Part shown: in pieces, positions 1 to 9,632 of the stretch | Layout of the letters: every line of letters starts with the position of its first letter | Position numbering within the stretch: position 1 is the first letter of the stretch | Virus record (IMG/VR): IMGVR_UViG_3300032331_002067 | Span: 36,002-100,001 of that record | Source of the DNA: a virus | DNA length: 64,000 nt | Direction: 5' to 3' (one strand) | Program-made: the position numbers and the translations under genes | Notes under the pieces: model-generated | Databases searched by the model: none | What the model saw: the letters and a program-made list of their open reading frames with translations, nothing else | Told to the model about the DNA's origin: nothing

Positions 1-1
1 T

Positions 2-328
2 GAAGAGGATTATCACAATAGATTATATAAGGAAGCAATTGGTTGTCTTTATGATTTGCCAGATTATCTAGAAAATATGATCGACACTAATGTTCCAAAT
101 TATGGTGAAGATATCTACTATGAATTGACAGCAAATATGAACATTGAATTCGATGTAGATGGTGAACAATATCCAAAGGATGATGATATTAAGTATGCCG
201 TTTATAGTTTGCAATATTGGAACGATGAAGCAACTGAAGAATGGAATGAATGGACAGACCAAAACGGTATGGAAAGAATTTCTACAAGAAAGAAAAACCC
301 TAATCAATTAAAACTATTTGAGGATTAA
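2..328 (+). CDS. hypothetical protein, probably 5'-truncated by the window edge
   Basis: frame is open from position 2; stop overlaps the next ATG (TAATG). Confidence 0.6.
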   Translation, partial: EEDYHNRLYKEAIGCLYDLPDYLENMIDTNVPNYGEDIYYELTANMNIEFDVDGEQYPKDDDIKYAVYSLQYWNDEATEEWNEWTDQNGMERISTRKKNPNQLKLFED

Positions 329-534
329 TGAACGAAATACAAACAAAAGAAGTAAGAACGGAATTACACCGTGTCTTAGAAAATATGGATATACCAAAGA
401 TGAGGTTTGATGATTTGGGTTGGCTAACCCGGAACATTGGAATTAATAATTCAAATCATCCAAACTTTATCCTAGCAACTTGGTTAATAGAAAAGCTTAA
501 GGAGAGCAAAAATGAACAAGTGTCCTCAATGTAG
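328..534 (+). CDS. hypothetical protein
   Basis: coupled ORF in a dense + strand cluster. Confidence 0.6.
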   Translation: MNEIQTKEVRTELHRVLENMDIPKMRFDDLGWLTRNIGINNSNHPNFILATWLIEKLKESKNEQVSSM

Positions 535-766
535 ATTGGAAAATCTAACATTTATTGACAGTCATGAAAATGTAATATGCGAAAATCCAGAGGATAAAGC
601 ATTTCTTTCTGATTGGGAACAATATGAATGTCAAAATTGTAATCTCATTTTTGATGTTCAAGATGGAATTATTGAAGTAAAAGAAATCATTGGTCTAAAT
701 CATTATGCATTTAGATATAAATTAACAACAAATTGGGAGAAGGTTTATAATGAACTTGGAATATGA
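512..766 (+). CDS. small Zn-ribbon-like protein
   Basis: CPQC...CQNC; AAGGAG upstream. Confidence 0.6.
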   Translation: MNKCPQCRLENLTFIDSHENVICENPEDKAFLSDWEQYECQNCNLIFDVQDGIIEVKEIIGLNHYAFRYKLTTNWEKVYNELGI

Positions 767-1052
767 AAACAAAGAGCGTGAGCTAACACATGAAGAATTA
801 GAAATGGAAGCCGATGCAGCATTGGATATTGAATACCAAGCTCATCTTAAAGGTATTTCGGTTCAAGACTACATGGATTTAATGACATTAAGACTTAATC
901 AAGTCCATCAGGCAATTGATGATGATTATGAAATTGGTGATGAATATGATTGGGATAGATCAGATAGAAGCCAATATTGTAAGCATGGTAAATTCATTGG
1001 TTCTTGGTGGGGACCAGACATTCTTTGTGGTTATTGTGAAGCCGGAGAATAA
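750..1052 (+). CDS. hypothetical protein with C-terminal CKH...CGYC motif
   Basis: ORF track; GGAG upstream. Confidence 0.6.
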   Translation: MNLEYENKERELTHEELEMEADAALDIEYQAHLKGISVQDYMDLMTLRLNQVHQAIDDDYEIGDEYDWDRSDRSQYCKHGKFIGSWWGPDILCGYCEAGE

Positions 1053-1063
1053 ACATAGAATCT

Positions 1064-1130
1064 TAGCGCATACTAAAATTCACCAAAAAATAAAGATAAA
1101 CAAACGGGCGTAAGCCTAAAAGGAAAGATA
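1064..1130 (+). repeat. ~65-bp intergenic element, copy 1 (copy 2 at ~9567-9632)
   Basis: AGCGCATACT.AA.TT...CAAAAA.TAAA..TAAACAA...GGCGTAA..CTAAAAGGAAA is shared by both sites, each directly before an ATG. Confidence 0.7.
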
Positions 1131-1260
1131 ATGGAAAATCAAAACACTGCACTATTTAGTGCATCAATGGTATTGACAGCATATGTCGATGAAAATGGAA
1201 ATGTTAAATATGTAAAGTCATCTTGGGATGAACTTTTCGAAAAAGAGAAAGAAGAAGAAA

Positions 1261-1839
1261 ATGCCTAACTGGTGTATGAACACATTAGAAATACAAGGTC
1301 CAATTGAAGATGTGGATAAATTCATGGAAAAGATTAAATCTGTTGAACCAGATAAACTTAGTCTTTTCAATGCACTTATCCCAATGCCAACTGAATATAT
1401 TGGTGAACCTGCAAGTATGACCAAAGAAGAAAAAGATTGGTCAGATACTGAAAAGCTTTGCTTTGAAAAGTATGGTCATAAAGATTGGTATGGATGGTCT
1501 ATTGCTAACTGGGGAGTTAAATGGGATATTAGCGATGGTTATATTTCAGATGAAACTCTTGTTACTAAATATAACATTGATAAACAAGCAACCGAAGAAA
1601 CAGGTGAGAAACTTGTAATAATGCAATACTCAACTCCTTGGGCACCCGGAGATGAAAGTTTAGCTGAAGCTTTTTGCAGAGATGAATACAAATCACTTTC
1701 TTTTCATATTTATTATGAAGAAGGTGGAATGGGATTTCACGGTGCTTTGACAGTACATAAAGGTGAAATTGTATATCAGGAATCTGATGATATGAGTACT
1801 ATAAGAAAATGTCTAGAAGATTCTCTAGACTGGATTTAA
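1261..1839 (+). CDS. DUF1281/YubB-like ferredoxin-fold protein
   Basis: MPNWCxN start; WYGWSIANWGVKWD, STPWAP and YYEEG motifs. Confidence 0.75.
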   Translation: MPNWCMNTLEIQGPIEDVDKFMEKIKSVEPDKLSLFNALIPMPTEYIGEPASMTKEEKDWSDTEKLCFEKYGHKDWYGWSIANWGVKWDISDGYISDETLVTKYNIDKQATEETGEKLVIMQYSTPWAPGDESLAEAFCRDEYKSLSFHIYYEEGGMGFHGALTVHKGEIVYQESDDMSTIRKCLEDSLDWI

Positions 1840-1870
1840 CAACAAAACAACAATAAAAGGAAAAATAATA

Positions 1871-2302
1871 ATGGAAACAGCACAAGAAAAACTAGAAGCA
1901 ATTTTTAATTTGCTTTATGGAAAAGATGATACAAAAGAAGCAATTGCTTATGGTATTACAAAAGATAAAGATAATAATCTTATCAGTAAGATCATTACTA
2001 AAGGAGATGATATCTATGAAATGATTGATACTCTGCACGAAGATAAAACATATCTAGTAAATGATTTTGTATCCGTTAGAACAACTGGTTGGGCAGCCCC
2101 TTTGGGTGCTAATGGTGAAGTTGAAGGTGCGCCAAGTCAGCACCCAAATCGTAGGCGTGTATGTTTGTTTGTAAGTTTAGATATTCTAAACAAAGAAGTA
2201 ATCGGAAGCTGCCTTAAATTTGACGATGATGAAGAAGTTATTTATGACTTCAATCAAGCAACTGGTTCATTGGCATTGGCATTGGAAAGTCTGGTCGAAT
2301 AA
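1871..2302 (+). CDS. hypothetical protein
   Basis: 143-aa ORF with AAGGA RBS. Confidence 0.65.
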   Translation: METAQEKLEAIFNLLYGKDDTKEAIAYGITKDKDNNLISKIITKGDDIYEMIDTLHEDKTYLVNDFVSVRTTGWAAPLGANGEVEGAPSQHPNRRRVCLFVSLDILNKEVIGSCLKFDDDEEVIYDFNQATGSLALALESLVE

Positions 2303-2787
2303 TGGGGTTAGACAATATGCCAAATGTTTATCCTTGCGTAAAGGAAAACACAGCCATTATGAATGATGGTCGGATTGATTGTGAAGCAACTATAAACGCT
2401 AATCAATGTCCATACAAAAGAGAAAAAGAAAGTGATCCATTAACTAAAGACATGCGTTCAATATATGGAATGTTTGGAACTGAATGCTGGTATAGAGGAA
2501 AGTATGGTAATAACCTACTTGCTAAAATGAAGCGTCATAACAATGATTTTCCATATGATGAAGATGGATTTTATGGAAATGGAGAAGATGGCATATCAGA
2601 AGATGAATGCGAAACAATGTCAGAAGTAATGGTTAACTTTACTGAGTCATGGATTCATTATGTAGATACTAAAGGTATCGCAGAAACAGGGGAGGAAAGA
2701 GAAGCTTTAATTAACGACTGGATTTATGCAGCTTGGTGGTTAAAGTTTGTAGGAAATTATGGAGAAGGCTCAGGAGTTTGGTACTAA
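2302..2787 (+). CDS. hypothetical phage protein (MGLD-start type)
   Basis: coupled 161-aa ORF. Confidence 0.65.
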   Translation: MGLDNMPNVYPCVKENTAIMNDGRIDCEATINANQCPYKREKESDPLTKDMRSIYGMFGTECWYRGKYGNNLLAKMKRHNNDFPYDEDGFYGNGEDGISEDECETMSEVMVNFTESWIHYVDTKGIAETGEEREALINDWIYAAWWLKFVGNYGEGSGVWY

Positions 2788-2791
2788 ATAG

Positions 2792-3160
2792 ATGTTCAGT
2801 ATGGATGACTTTGACAATATACAAAAACCTAGTGAAAGAAAGGAGGCTCCAGATTATATAATAGAAGACCCGGATTTTCTAAATCAGATGATGACAGTTG
2901 CTCGAATAATTAGAGAAACTGATTTTGATGACCACGAAAGTCGTGCATCTTTCATTATGCATATGATTAATATGTCGATAGATGATCCTAATAATGTTCA
3001 CGAGAAATCGTTAGATGTTGTTAGTGCATTATCATCTCATATTTGTATGATGATGATGGCTATTAATGGTGGAAAAGAAACATATTTATCAAGTTATGAT
3101 AATTCTGTTATTCAACCAATGATAGATGATGGTCCACATATTCCAATCTGGGATAATTAA
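2792..3160 (+). CDS. hypothetical protein
   Basis: 122-aa ORF. Confidence 0.6.
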   Translation: MFSMDDFDNIQKPSERKEAPDYIIEDPDFLNQMMTVARIIRETDFDDHESRASFIMHMINMSIDDPNNVHEKSLDVVSALSSHICMMMMAINGGKETYLSSYDNSVIQPMIDDGPHIPIWDN

Positions 3161-3161
3161 A

Positions 3162-3518
3162 ATGTCAACAATTACAATTAATTGGTTAGATGAAGCTGCT
3201 TGTTTAGGTCAAGGAACAGATTTGTTTTATACAGACACTGTTTATACATCAGAAACAAAGAAGATTATTGCCAAAGCTAAAACATTTTGTAATAGTTGTC
3301 CGGTAGTTGCTGATTGCTTACAATATGCAATTAATAATGAAGAAAGGTTTGGGGTTTGGGGTTCTTTTTCATCAAAAGAAAGAGCATCAATCCGAAACCA
3401 TTTGAAAACCAATGACATTACAAAAGATCAAGCAAAGGCAATGGTTAATAAAACAGTATTGCAAGTAAAAGAAACATTCAAAAATACAATATTTGTGGAG
3501 GGTGATAATGCCCGATGA
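3162..3518 (+). CDS. whiB: WhiB family Fe-S transcription factor
   Basis: W..EAAC...LFY...AK.FCxxCPV..DCL.YA...ERFGVWG: four Cys plus the GVWG turn. Confidence 0.92.
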   Translation: MSTITINWLDEAACLGQGTDLFYTDTVYTSETKKIIAKAKTFCNSCPVVADCLQYAINNEERFGVWGSFSSKERASIRNHLKTNDITKDQAKAMVNKTVLQVKETFKNTIFVEGDNAR

Positions 3519-3631
3519 TATGAATCTTAATTTTGAAGGAAAAATAACAAATAAGGATGTGCGAGAAATATTGCATGTTCCGGTATTTATTACCAAATCA
3601 ATAGACAACAAACAAGAGAAAGAAGAAGAAA

Positions 3632-3988
3632 ATGAGTAATCCAACTTGTTCAGAAAGGATTGCAAAGCAAATGCAATCCATGAATGAAACATTAGAAGAG
3701 CTTTATGACAAGATTAATCAATTTGAAGACTCAGAAGTGAATGAGGAAGGAATGGATGAGTATATCAACCTACCTTTGTCAATTGAAACATTCAAGATAA
3801 TCAAAGTTTTATTCTCAACTGGAGGTCCAGCAGATTGGATTGAAATTAAAGTTGATGAAGATGACGGAGAAGTTATTGATGTTGATTACCACTTCTCAGA
3901 TTGGTTTGACCACGCACAGGTTAAAGTAGAAAAAAATAGTTATCTTTGGCAATATGCTGAAGAACGAGCAGAATTAGAAAGAAACTAA
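3632..3988 (+). CDS. hypothetical protein
   Basis: 118-aa ORF with STGGPA and DWFD motifs. Confidence 0.65.
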   Translation: MSNPTCSERIAKQMQSMNETLEELYDKINQFEDSEVNEEGMDEYINLPLSIETFKIIKVLFSTGGPADWIEIKVDEDDGEVIDVDYHFSDWFDHAQVKVEKNSYLWQYAEERAELERN

Positions 3989-3999
3989 AGGAAAACAAA

Positions 4000-4587
4000 A
4001 TGGAAAATATTAATGTAACACTAGGTATTGACGATGAGTCAATGGAGAAACTTTCTTCACTTCTTGAAGAAACACTAAAGGATTCTTTGACAGAATCAAT
4101 CAAGAACGATATTGAAAATGATATCGATGTTGATGACAATATTAGCAATTGGATGGATTATAACTTTGATGTTGAAGATCATCTTCGAAATGTAAACTTG
4201 AATGACTACATTGATGATAAAGATATTGAAGGTTCAGCACTAGAGCTTCTTGGAAGTTATAGTCCACTTAATGATTGCGATACAGCTAATGCTTTTACTG
4301 AAGCAGTAGCAAAAGCAATTCGTTACCTTCTGATGAAGGATCAATTAACTGTTGAAACTATTGAAAAAGCACTCGAAAAGCGTTCTGAAAACAAGAAGCG
4401 TGACGAGATGAAAGCATCTATTATGGAGGAAATTAAACCTCTTATGTTTGATGAGTTCAAAGCTGAACTTGAGCGTTATGCAGCACATGTTGAATATGAA
4501 AAGGCTCAAGAAATCGTAAGACAGACTAATGCTGTTGTTATCCCAGAAGTTACACCGTGGACTCGTGAAAACGATATCGGTTACTAA
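4000..4587 (+). CDS. acidic hypothetical protein
   Basis: 195-aa ORF with RBS. Confidence 0.65.
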   Translation: MENINVTLGIDDESMEKLSSLLEETLKDSLTESIKNDIENDIDVDDNISNWMDYNFDVEDHLRNVNLNDYIDDKDIEGSALELLGSYSPLNDCDTANAFTEAVAKAIRYLLMKDQLTVETIEKALEKRSENKKRDEMKASIMEEIKPLMFDEFKAELERYAAHVEYEKAQEIVRQTNAVVIPEVTPWTRENDIGY

Positions 4588-4602
4588 ATAAAAAAAGAAA
4601 TC

Positions 4603-4631
4603 AGAGGGGGGAAGAAATTCCCCCCTCTTTT
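4603..4631 (+). terminator. intrinsic terminator
   Basis: AGAGGGGGGA/TTCCCCCCTCT stem followed by a T-run. Confidence 0.7.
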
Positions 4632-4647
4632 ACAAAAGGAAATTAAA

Positions 4648-6333
4648 ATGTTAAAAGATTATATCGTAATCTCAAATAAAGCTGAAACCGTAAGTCGTAT
4701 CTCTTTAGAAAAGCTAGGTTTTTCTACTAAGAGAAATGACGCTAAGACTATTGGTCAATTTGGCTCTGGAATTAAATATGCACCAATTGCTGCACTAAGG
4801 AATGGACTTGAATGGTTCTTTACCGGAAATGATAACAATGGTCCATTCACTCTTGAATACATTGTTCAAGAAGAAGATGGAGTTGAGTGTATTGCTTATA
4901 AGTATGGAGATCAAATTAAATCATCTTCTTTTACTCTTGAAGCAGGAGTAATGTCTTGGGAAGACCCATTCCAAATTTTACGCGAACCTATTGCTAATGC
5001 AATGGATGGAGCAACAGTAAATGAAGATGGATGGTATAACATTTTTGTTATTACTGTTGATACAGATGACCCAGAATCAATGAAAAAGCTTGAACCTCGT
5101 GAAGGTGTATTCTCTGTTTATATCACAGCATCTCCTAATCTAATGAAGGTTGTTAATAATTATGATGCATACTTCTCTGTAAAGCGTGAAGTATTGTTTG
5201 ATAATCATTTTGGTAAACTTCTCGATAAGTTTGATAACACATCTCGATTTTATACATTAAATGTTCTTGTAAAACATGATGAAACAAGTAATTCCATTTT
5301 CGATTACCAATTCGATAGTCTTGAACTAAATGAAGAGCGAAGTGTTAAATCATTATGGGATCTTGACTACAATGTATCCAAAATGATTTGCAGTGTTACT
5401 AATCCAGATATTGCTGAAGAATATATCTCTGAGTTTGTAGGGGCTAAAGCAGAGGATAGTGGTATTTGGGAACTAAATCGTTTGGCTAGTCAAAACTTCA
5501 AATATCACGGAAGCGATGTTTCTCACGAAGTTTGGCAGAAAACTTGGAATAATCTTTATACAGAAAAAGCTGTGATGCTTAATGGTGATCAGAATTCAGA
5601 TTCTCTTCGTTTGGCTGTTATTAGTCGTGGATATCAACCAATTGTTGTAGCTAATAAAACAGCTTACAATATTTTATCATCAATGGAAATCAAATCTCTT
5701 TTTGACATCTTGGGTGAACAAGTTGATTATGAAATTGATGACGATATTAGTGGATATCCTCGTTTGCTTGAAGCAATTGAAATTGCATCATCTTTTGAGA
5801 CCGGAATCATTCCCCTACAGAATGAAATTGGCGTGTTTGAAAGTAAAAAAGAAGGTGTAATGGGAATGTGCGTGAGTATTGGTGATAACAAAAAGCGTAT
5901 TGTCATTGAGAAATATCACGCCAAGAATGGAACAATTCAGGAACTTGTTGGCACACTGATTCATGAATTTGATCATTACAGCACTAATGTTGGTGATTCA
6001 GCCGATATGATTGGCAGAGAATTTAGGAATATTGCAGACACAAGAATTGGTGGATTGATGGTTGAACATTACAAGCAAAATATCCTCGAAAAGAAGTTTG
6101 GTGGTGCTTATATTGCAATCAGTAAAATGTCTTCAATGTCTAACCTAAACTACAGTTCAGAGTATTCTGAAATTCTTGGTAAAACAATCCTTGGTATTGG
6201 AGGATTGAGTTTCATTATTGAATGTAGCAAATCAGCGATTGAAAAATCAGGAACTTGTTTTGTTGATAATACAGGTAAATATCTGTATGTTCCTATTAAC
6301 GGAGAATTCGAAATCATAAAGGAGATTTTGTAA
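4648..6333 (+). CDS. GHKL-type ATPase domain fused to a HEXXH metallopeptidase-like domain
   Basis: IGQFGSGIKYA and REPIANAMD (GHKL motifs); LIHEFDHY near the C-terminus. Confidence 0.65.
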   Translation: MLKDYIVISNKAETVSRISLEKLGFSTKRNDAKTIGQFGSGIKYAPIAALRNGLEWFFTGNDNNGPFTLEYIVQEEDGVECIAYKYGDQIKSSSFTLEAGVMSWEDPFQILREPIANAMDGATVNEDGWYNIFVITVDTDDPESMKKLEPREGVFSVYITASPNLMKVVNNYDAYFSVKREVLFDNHFGKLLDKFDNTSRFYTLNVLVKHDETSNSIFDYQFDSLELNEERSVKSLWDLDYNVSKMICSVTNPDIAEEYISEFVGAKAEDSGIWELNRLASQNFKYHGSDVSHEVWQKTWNNLYTEKAVMLNGDQNSDSLRLAVISRGYQPIVVANKTAYNILSSMEIKSLFDILGEQVDYEIDDDISGYPRLLEAIEIASSFETGIIPLQNEIGVFESKKEGVMGMCVSIGDNKKRIVIEKYHAKNGTIQELVGTLIHEFDHYSTNVGDSADMIGREFRNIADTRIGGLMVEHYKQNILEKKFGGAYIAISKMSSMSNLNYSSEYSEILGKTILGIGGLSFIIECSKSAIEKSGTCFVDNTGKYLYVPINGEFEIIKEIL

Positions 6334-6449
6334 TGGGTAAAATGACTTGGGCTATTTGTATCTTATTGGTATTTGTTGCCTTTCCAGTATTGGCAGTATT
6401 AACATTAGGTTTTCTTTTAGCTATTATGCTAGGAGGAGGTGCTTAAATA

Positions 6450-6830
6450 ATGCCTAAATTTGAAAATTATTTTATTGTTGAATATCGTTATCCGGTAAAA
6501 GTAGAAGATGTTTCTACTGTTCAGGAAGCTATGTCAAAAGCAAACAGGATATGTGAAAGAGTATTTGGTTTCAAACCTGATAATTGGTTTGCAAGAATCT
6601 TTGAGTATTCAACAAGGCAAAAGGATCCCGGATTAGTAAAGGAATACTTTTATAATCCAAACTCATTGACCTATAGAGAGATTACAAAGAATTTTGGATA
6701 CTTTTCACAACTATTAGCTGACGGTAAAACGCCAGATGATGTTATGAATTATGAAGAAGTCTTTGGTCGTCTTGAATCTGATGGTGAAGTTAAAATTATT
6801 TATAAGGAAGAAAAAGATGGTGAAGGATAG
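6450..6830 (+). CDS. hypothetical protein
   Basis: 126-aa ORF with GGAGG upstream. Confidence 0.65.
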   Translation: MPKFENYFIVEYRYPVKVEDVSTVQEAMSKANRICERVFGFKPDNWFARIFEYSTRQKDPGLVKEYFYNPNSLTYREITKNFGYFSQLLADGKTPDDVMNYEEVFGRLESDGEVKIIYKEEKDGEG

Positions 6831-7254
6831 GATTATCCTTTGCGCTGGCTGTTCAGAAAGATTTAGTTCAAACAAGACCGAGGTTTATCGTAAAAAACGA
6901 TGCTGTGGAAATCAAAATTGTATTCAAGTAATTGATCAAAAAGTAGCCAACGCAAATTATAAAAGACAACAGAAGAAAATTAAGAATGGTAAATTCCGAC
7001 ACGGAGTTCCAATTGATTTAAAACAAAAGGTATATGAAAGAGATGGGCATAGCTGCAAGTTGTGTCTTGGTCTTATTAAAGAAAAAGAAAGAGAAGTTCA
7101 TCACATTGTTCCTGTATCTGAAAATGGTGCAGATGATTTGAAGAATCTAATCTTGCTTTGTAATAATTGTCACACAACAGTTCACAAGAAAGGACACACT
7201 AATTATTATGGCAAATTTAACACCTATATTGGAGACTTGGAAAAGATATCTTGA
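6817..7254 (+). CDS. HNH endonuclease
   Basis: RDGHSCKLC...EVHHIVP...G.DDLKNLILLCNNCH...H. Confidence 0.88.
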   Translation: MVKDRIILCAGCSERFSSNKTEVYRKKRCCGNQNCIQVIDQKVANANYKRQQKKIKNGKFRHGVPIDLKQKVYERDGHSCKLCLGLIKEKEREVHHIVPVSENGADDLKNLILLCNNCHTTVHKKGHTNYYGKFNTYIGDLEKIS

Positions 7255-7467
7255 TGATAATGATCTTTATAAGTGGTGCGAGTCAATCGTATTTCTATTA
7301 GAGATTTTTTCAACAGATTTTGAATTCAAAGCGACACTTATTGACGAGGCTAATAAAGTTTTCTTACTGAAGCTTGATAATGATGCTAAATCGGATGTAT
7401 TTTTCTTCCTTCTAGGGAAAATGAAGTAATCATACGGATAGGTGATAAAATTGAATAGGTACAGAAA

Positions 7468-7827
7468 ATGAGAATTGACCCTTTTAGAGAACACAGAGAT
7501 AGCCTATTCACAGACTTTGCTTTGCAAATATTTAATGCACATGTATCAGATAACAGTCAAGATAATCTATCTCAATTGATGGATTCTTACCAATCAGAAG
7601 CAATGGATAATCCAGCATTTATGCCGGGAGTTATCTTTGGTTCAATGGTTCATATGTTTATGATGATACAGATGTTGGCAGAAGAAAGAGATATTGAAAA
7701 AGAAGATATGATTAAGGAATATACAGATTATTACAACATCAACAGGGTTAAATTAGCCAAGATGTTAGGTAATAGACCAGAATATGCGAATAAACTTATT
7801 CGTGAAATGTTTAAAGATCCAGAATAA
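7468..7827 (+). CDS. hypothetical protein
   Basis: 119-aa ORF. Confidence 0.6.
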   Translation: MRIDPFREHRDSLFTDFALQIFNAHVSDNSQDNLSQLMDSYQSEAMDNPAFMPGVIFGSMVHMFMMIQMLAEERDIEKEDMIKEYTDYYNINRVKLAKMLGNRPEYANKLIREMFKDPE

Positions 7828-7844
7828 TAGAAAGATAAAATAAA

Positions 7845-8435
7845 ATGGGATACTATATCGGAACAGAAGATGTAAATATCTTCCTAGACAAAGAACACTT
7901 TGATGATGTTTATAAAAGAATGTGCGAAATCAATGACTATGATGACCTAAAGCGTGGAGGTTCTTATGGTGGAGATGAAAAGCAAGTAGAAGGTCAAAGA
8001 TATAATAGCAAGAAATGGTTTTCATGGATGGCTTATGATTATCCTGAAACCTGTCCAGATATGAAATCAATTTTTGATGCATTGGGATTTGAATTAGAGT
8101 TTGATGAAAATGGTAACTTAGTTGGTCTTGGTTATTGGGATAAAGCTGGATCAGAAGATTATTTCTTATCTTGCTTTGCCGGTTATGTTAAAGACGGAAG
8201 CTATATCCAATGGAAAGGTGAAGAGACTGAAGATTATTACAGATATCTTTTCAAGGATGGTAAGATGATTTATCAAAGAGCAGAGATGATTCTTAAATAC
8301 TCAGATGAGAATTCTGAGACTTACGAATTTGGTAAACCATCCTCATCAGATGTGGCAATGATAGAGTGGTCCAGAAAAAGACAAGAAGAAGCAGAAAAAG
8401 CTAAAGCCCTTGCTGCGTCTGAGAATAACCAATAA
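7845..8435 (+). CDS. hypothetical phage protein
   Basis: 196-aa ORF, MGY start, GSYIQWKGEE motif. Confidence 0.65.
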   Translation: MGYYIGTEDVNIFLDKEHFDDVYKRMCEINDYDDLKRGGSYGGDEKQVEGQRYNSKKWFSWMAYDYPETCPDMKSIFDALGFELEFDENGNLVGLGYWDKAGSEDYFLSCFAGYVKDGSYIQWKGEETEDYYRYLFKDGKMIYQRAEMILKYSDENSETYEFGKPSSSDVAMIEWSRKRQEEAEKAKALAASENNQ

Positions 8436-8645
8436 GATTATGCCTGTTATTACCTATAAGGTATAATAGATAGATTACTTTTTAAGGAGGTGATGTAGAT
8501 TGACATAAAATTTGTGGAACAAGTAGCATTATAAAATTTGCAGTAATCTTGTTTCGCAACCTTAGCAATACGCTAATACGGCTAATTGATGTGTTTGTAG
8601 ATACAATCAATTTCCCGTAAAACCAAAAGTTTTAAGGAGCGAAAA

Positions 8646-9314
8646 ATGAAAACTAAAAATAAAATTAAAAACATGTTGTTATGTACAGCATTAATTACAG
8701 GAATGGTTGCAACTAATGCATCAGCAAAAGTTAATACAGTTCCTACGGAAATACCTCAACTAACTTTCAGTGAACTTGGAAAGCCAAGAGCTTTGGATTT
8801 ATATTGGCATAGAATGGCTCAATGTGAAACCGGAGGCGATTGGAAAAACAAAGGTCAATGGTCAGGTGGTTTAGGTATTTATAAACAAACTTGGATTGGA
8901 TATGGCGGAAAAGAATTCGCATCTAAACCAGAATTTGCAACAATAGATGAACAAATTATTATTGCAAATAGGATCTCAACTCAGGGATATCAAACCAAAA
9001 ATGAGTTCCGAACATTTGAGGATAGACAAAAGAATAGACCATTCTTTAGAGAACCAGTAGGCTTTAGCGGATGGGGATGTAAAAAGAATGTTGGAAATCC
9101 TGTGTTGTTTAAAAAATTCCCTGCGAAAACATTACTTCATCAATATCATCTTGGTGAAAGAGGTTCTCTTGTTAGTAACCTTCAAAAAATTATTGGTGCA
9201 GTACCAGTAGATGGATATTATGGTCCACATACTGATTCTGTTTATAATAAGTTTATGAACAAATACAGGAAGTATCTCATTGCCGAATACGAGAAATATA
9301 AACATCTCTCATAA
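8646..9314 (+). CDS. secreted Rpf-like lytic transglycosylase with a peptidoglycan-binding domain
   Basis: signal peptide ending ASA; W.RMAQCETGGDW...GGLG...TW; C-terminal G.RGS.V..LQ...DG.YGP.T. Confidence 0.8.
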   Translation: MKTKNKIKNMLLCTALITGMVATNASAKVNTVPTEIPQLTFSELGKPRALDLYWHRMAQCETGGDWKNKGQWSGGLGIYKQTWIGYGGKEFASKPEFATIDEQIIIANRISTQGYQTKNEFRTFEDRQKNRPFFREPVGFSGWGCKKNVGNPVLFKKFPAKTLLHQYHLGERGSLVSNLQKIIGAVPVDGYYGPHTDSVYNKFMNKYRKYLIAEYEKYKHLS

Positions 9315-9398
9315 GTAAGCAATAAGTAGCGGTTGATTGATACCGTAAAACCTCATGCCTGACATATGTGTGAATAAATTCAATCAATATGTCATTCA

Positions 9399-9470
9399 GC
9401 TTCTATAGTTAAAGGGATATAACTACGGACTTCTAATCCGTTATTTTAGGTTCGAATCCTAATGGAAGCA
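9399..9470 (+). tRNA. tRNA-Arg(UCU)
   Basis: GCTTCTA/TGGAAGC acceptor stem; ACGGA-CTTCTAA-TCCGT anticodon arm; GGTTCGAATCC T-arm. Confidence 0.9.
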
Positions 9471-9473
9471 CTA

Positions 9474-9528
9474 AGAGATTAAGTATAGGTCGTTATTGGA
9501 TATTCCTTCCTATACTTAATCTCTTTTT
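9474..9528 (+). terminator. intrinsic terminator with a 17-bp stem
   Basis: AAGAGATTAAGTATAGG/CCTATACTTAATCTCTT followed by a T-run. Confidence 0.7.
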
Positions 9529-9566
9529 CTATACCCAAAAACAAGTAAAGAAAGGCATAAAGATTT

Positions 9567-9632
9567 GAGCGCATACTCAATTTATCCAAAAAGTAAACCT
9601 AAACAAGATGGCGTAAAGCTAAAAGGAAAAAA
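9567..9632 (+). repeat. ~65-bp intergenic element, copy 2
   Basis: matches 1064-1130; begins within the inverted repeat TTGAG-CGCATA-CTCAA. Confidence 0.7.

Noticed and set aside
1243-3634. 21-nt repeat AAGAGAAAGAAGAAGAAAATG at 1243 and 3614
   Set aside because: Low-complexity purine run at gene junctions (EKEEEN plus a start codon); it could be chance or a translation-initiation context.
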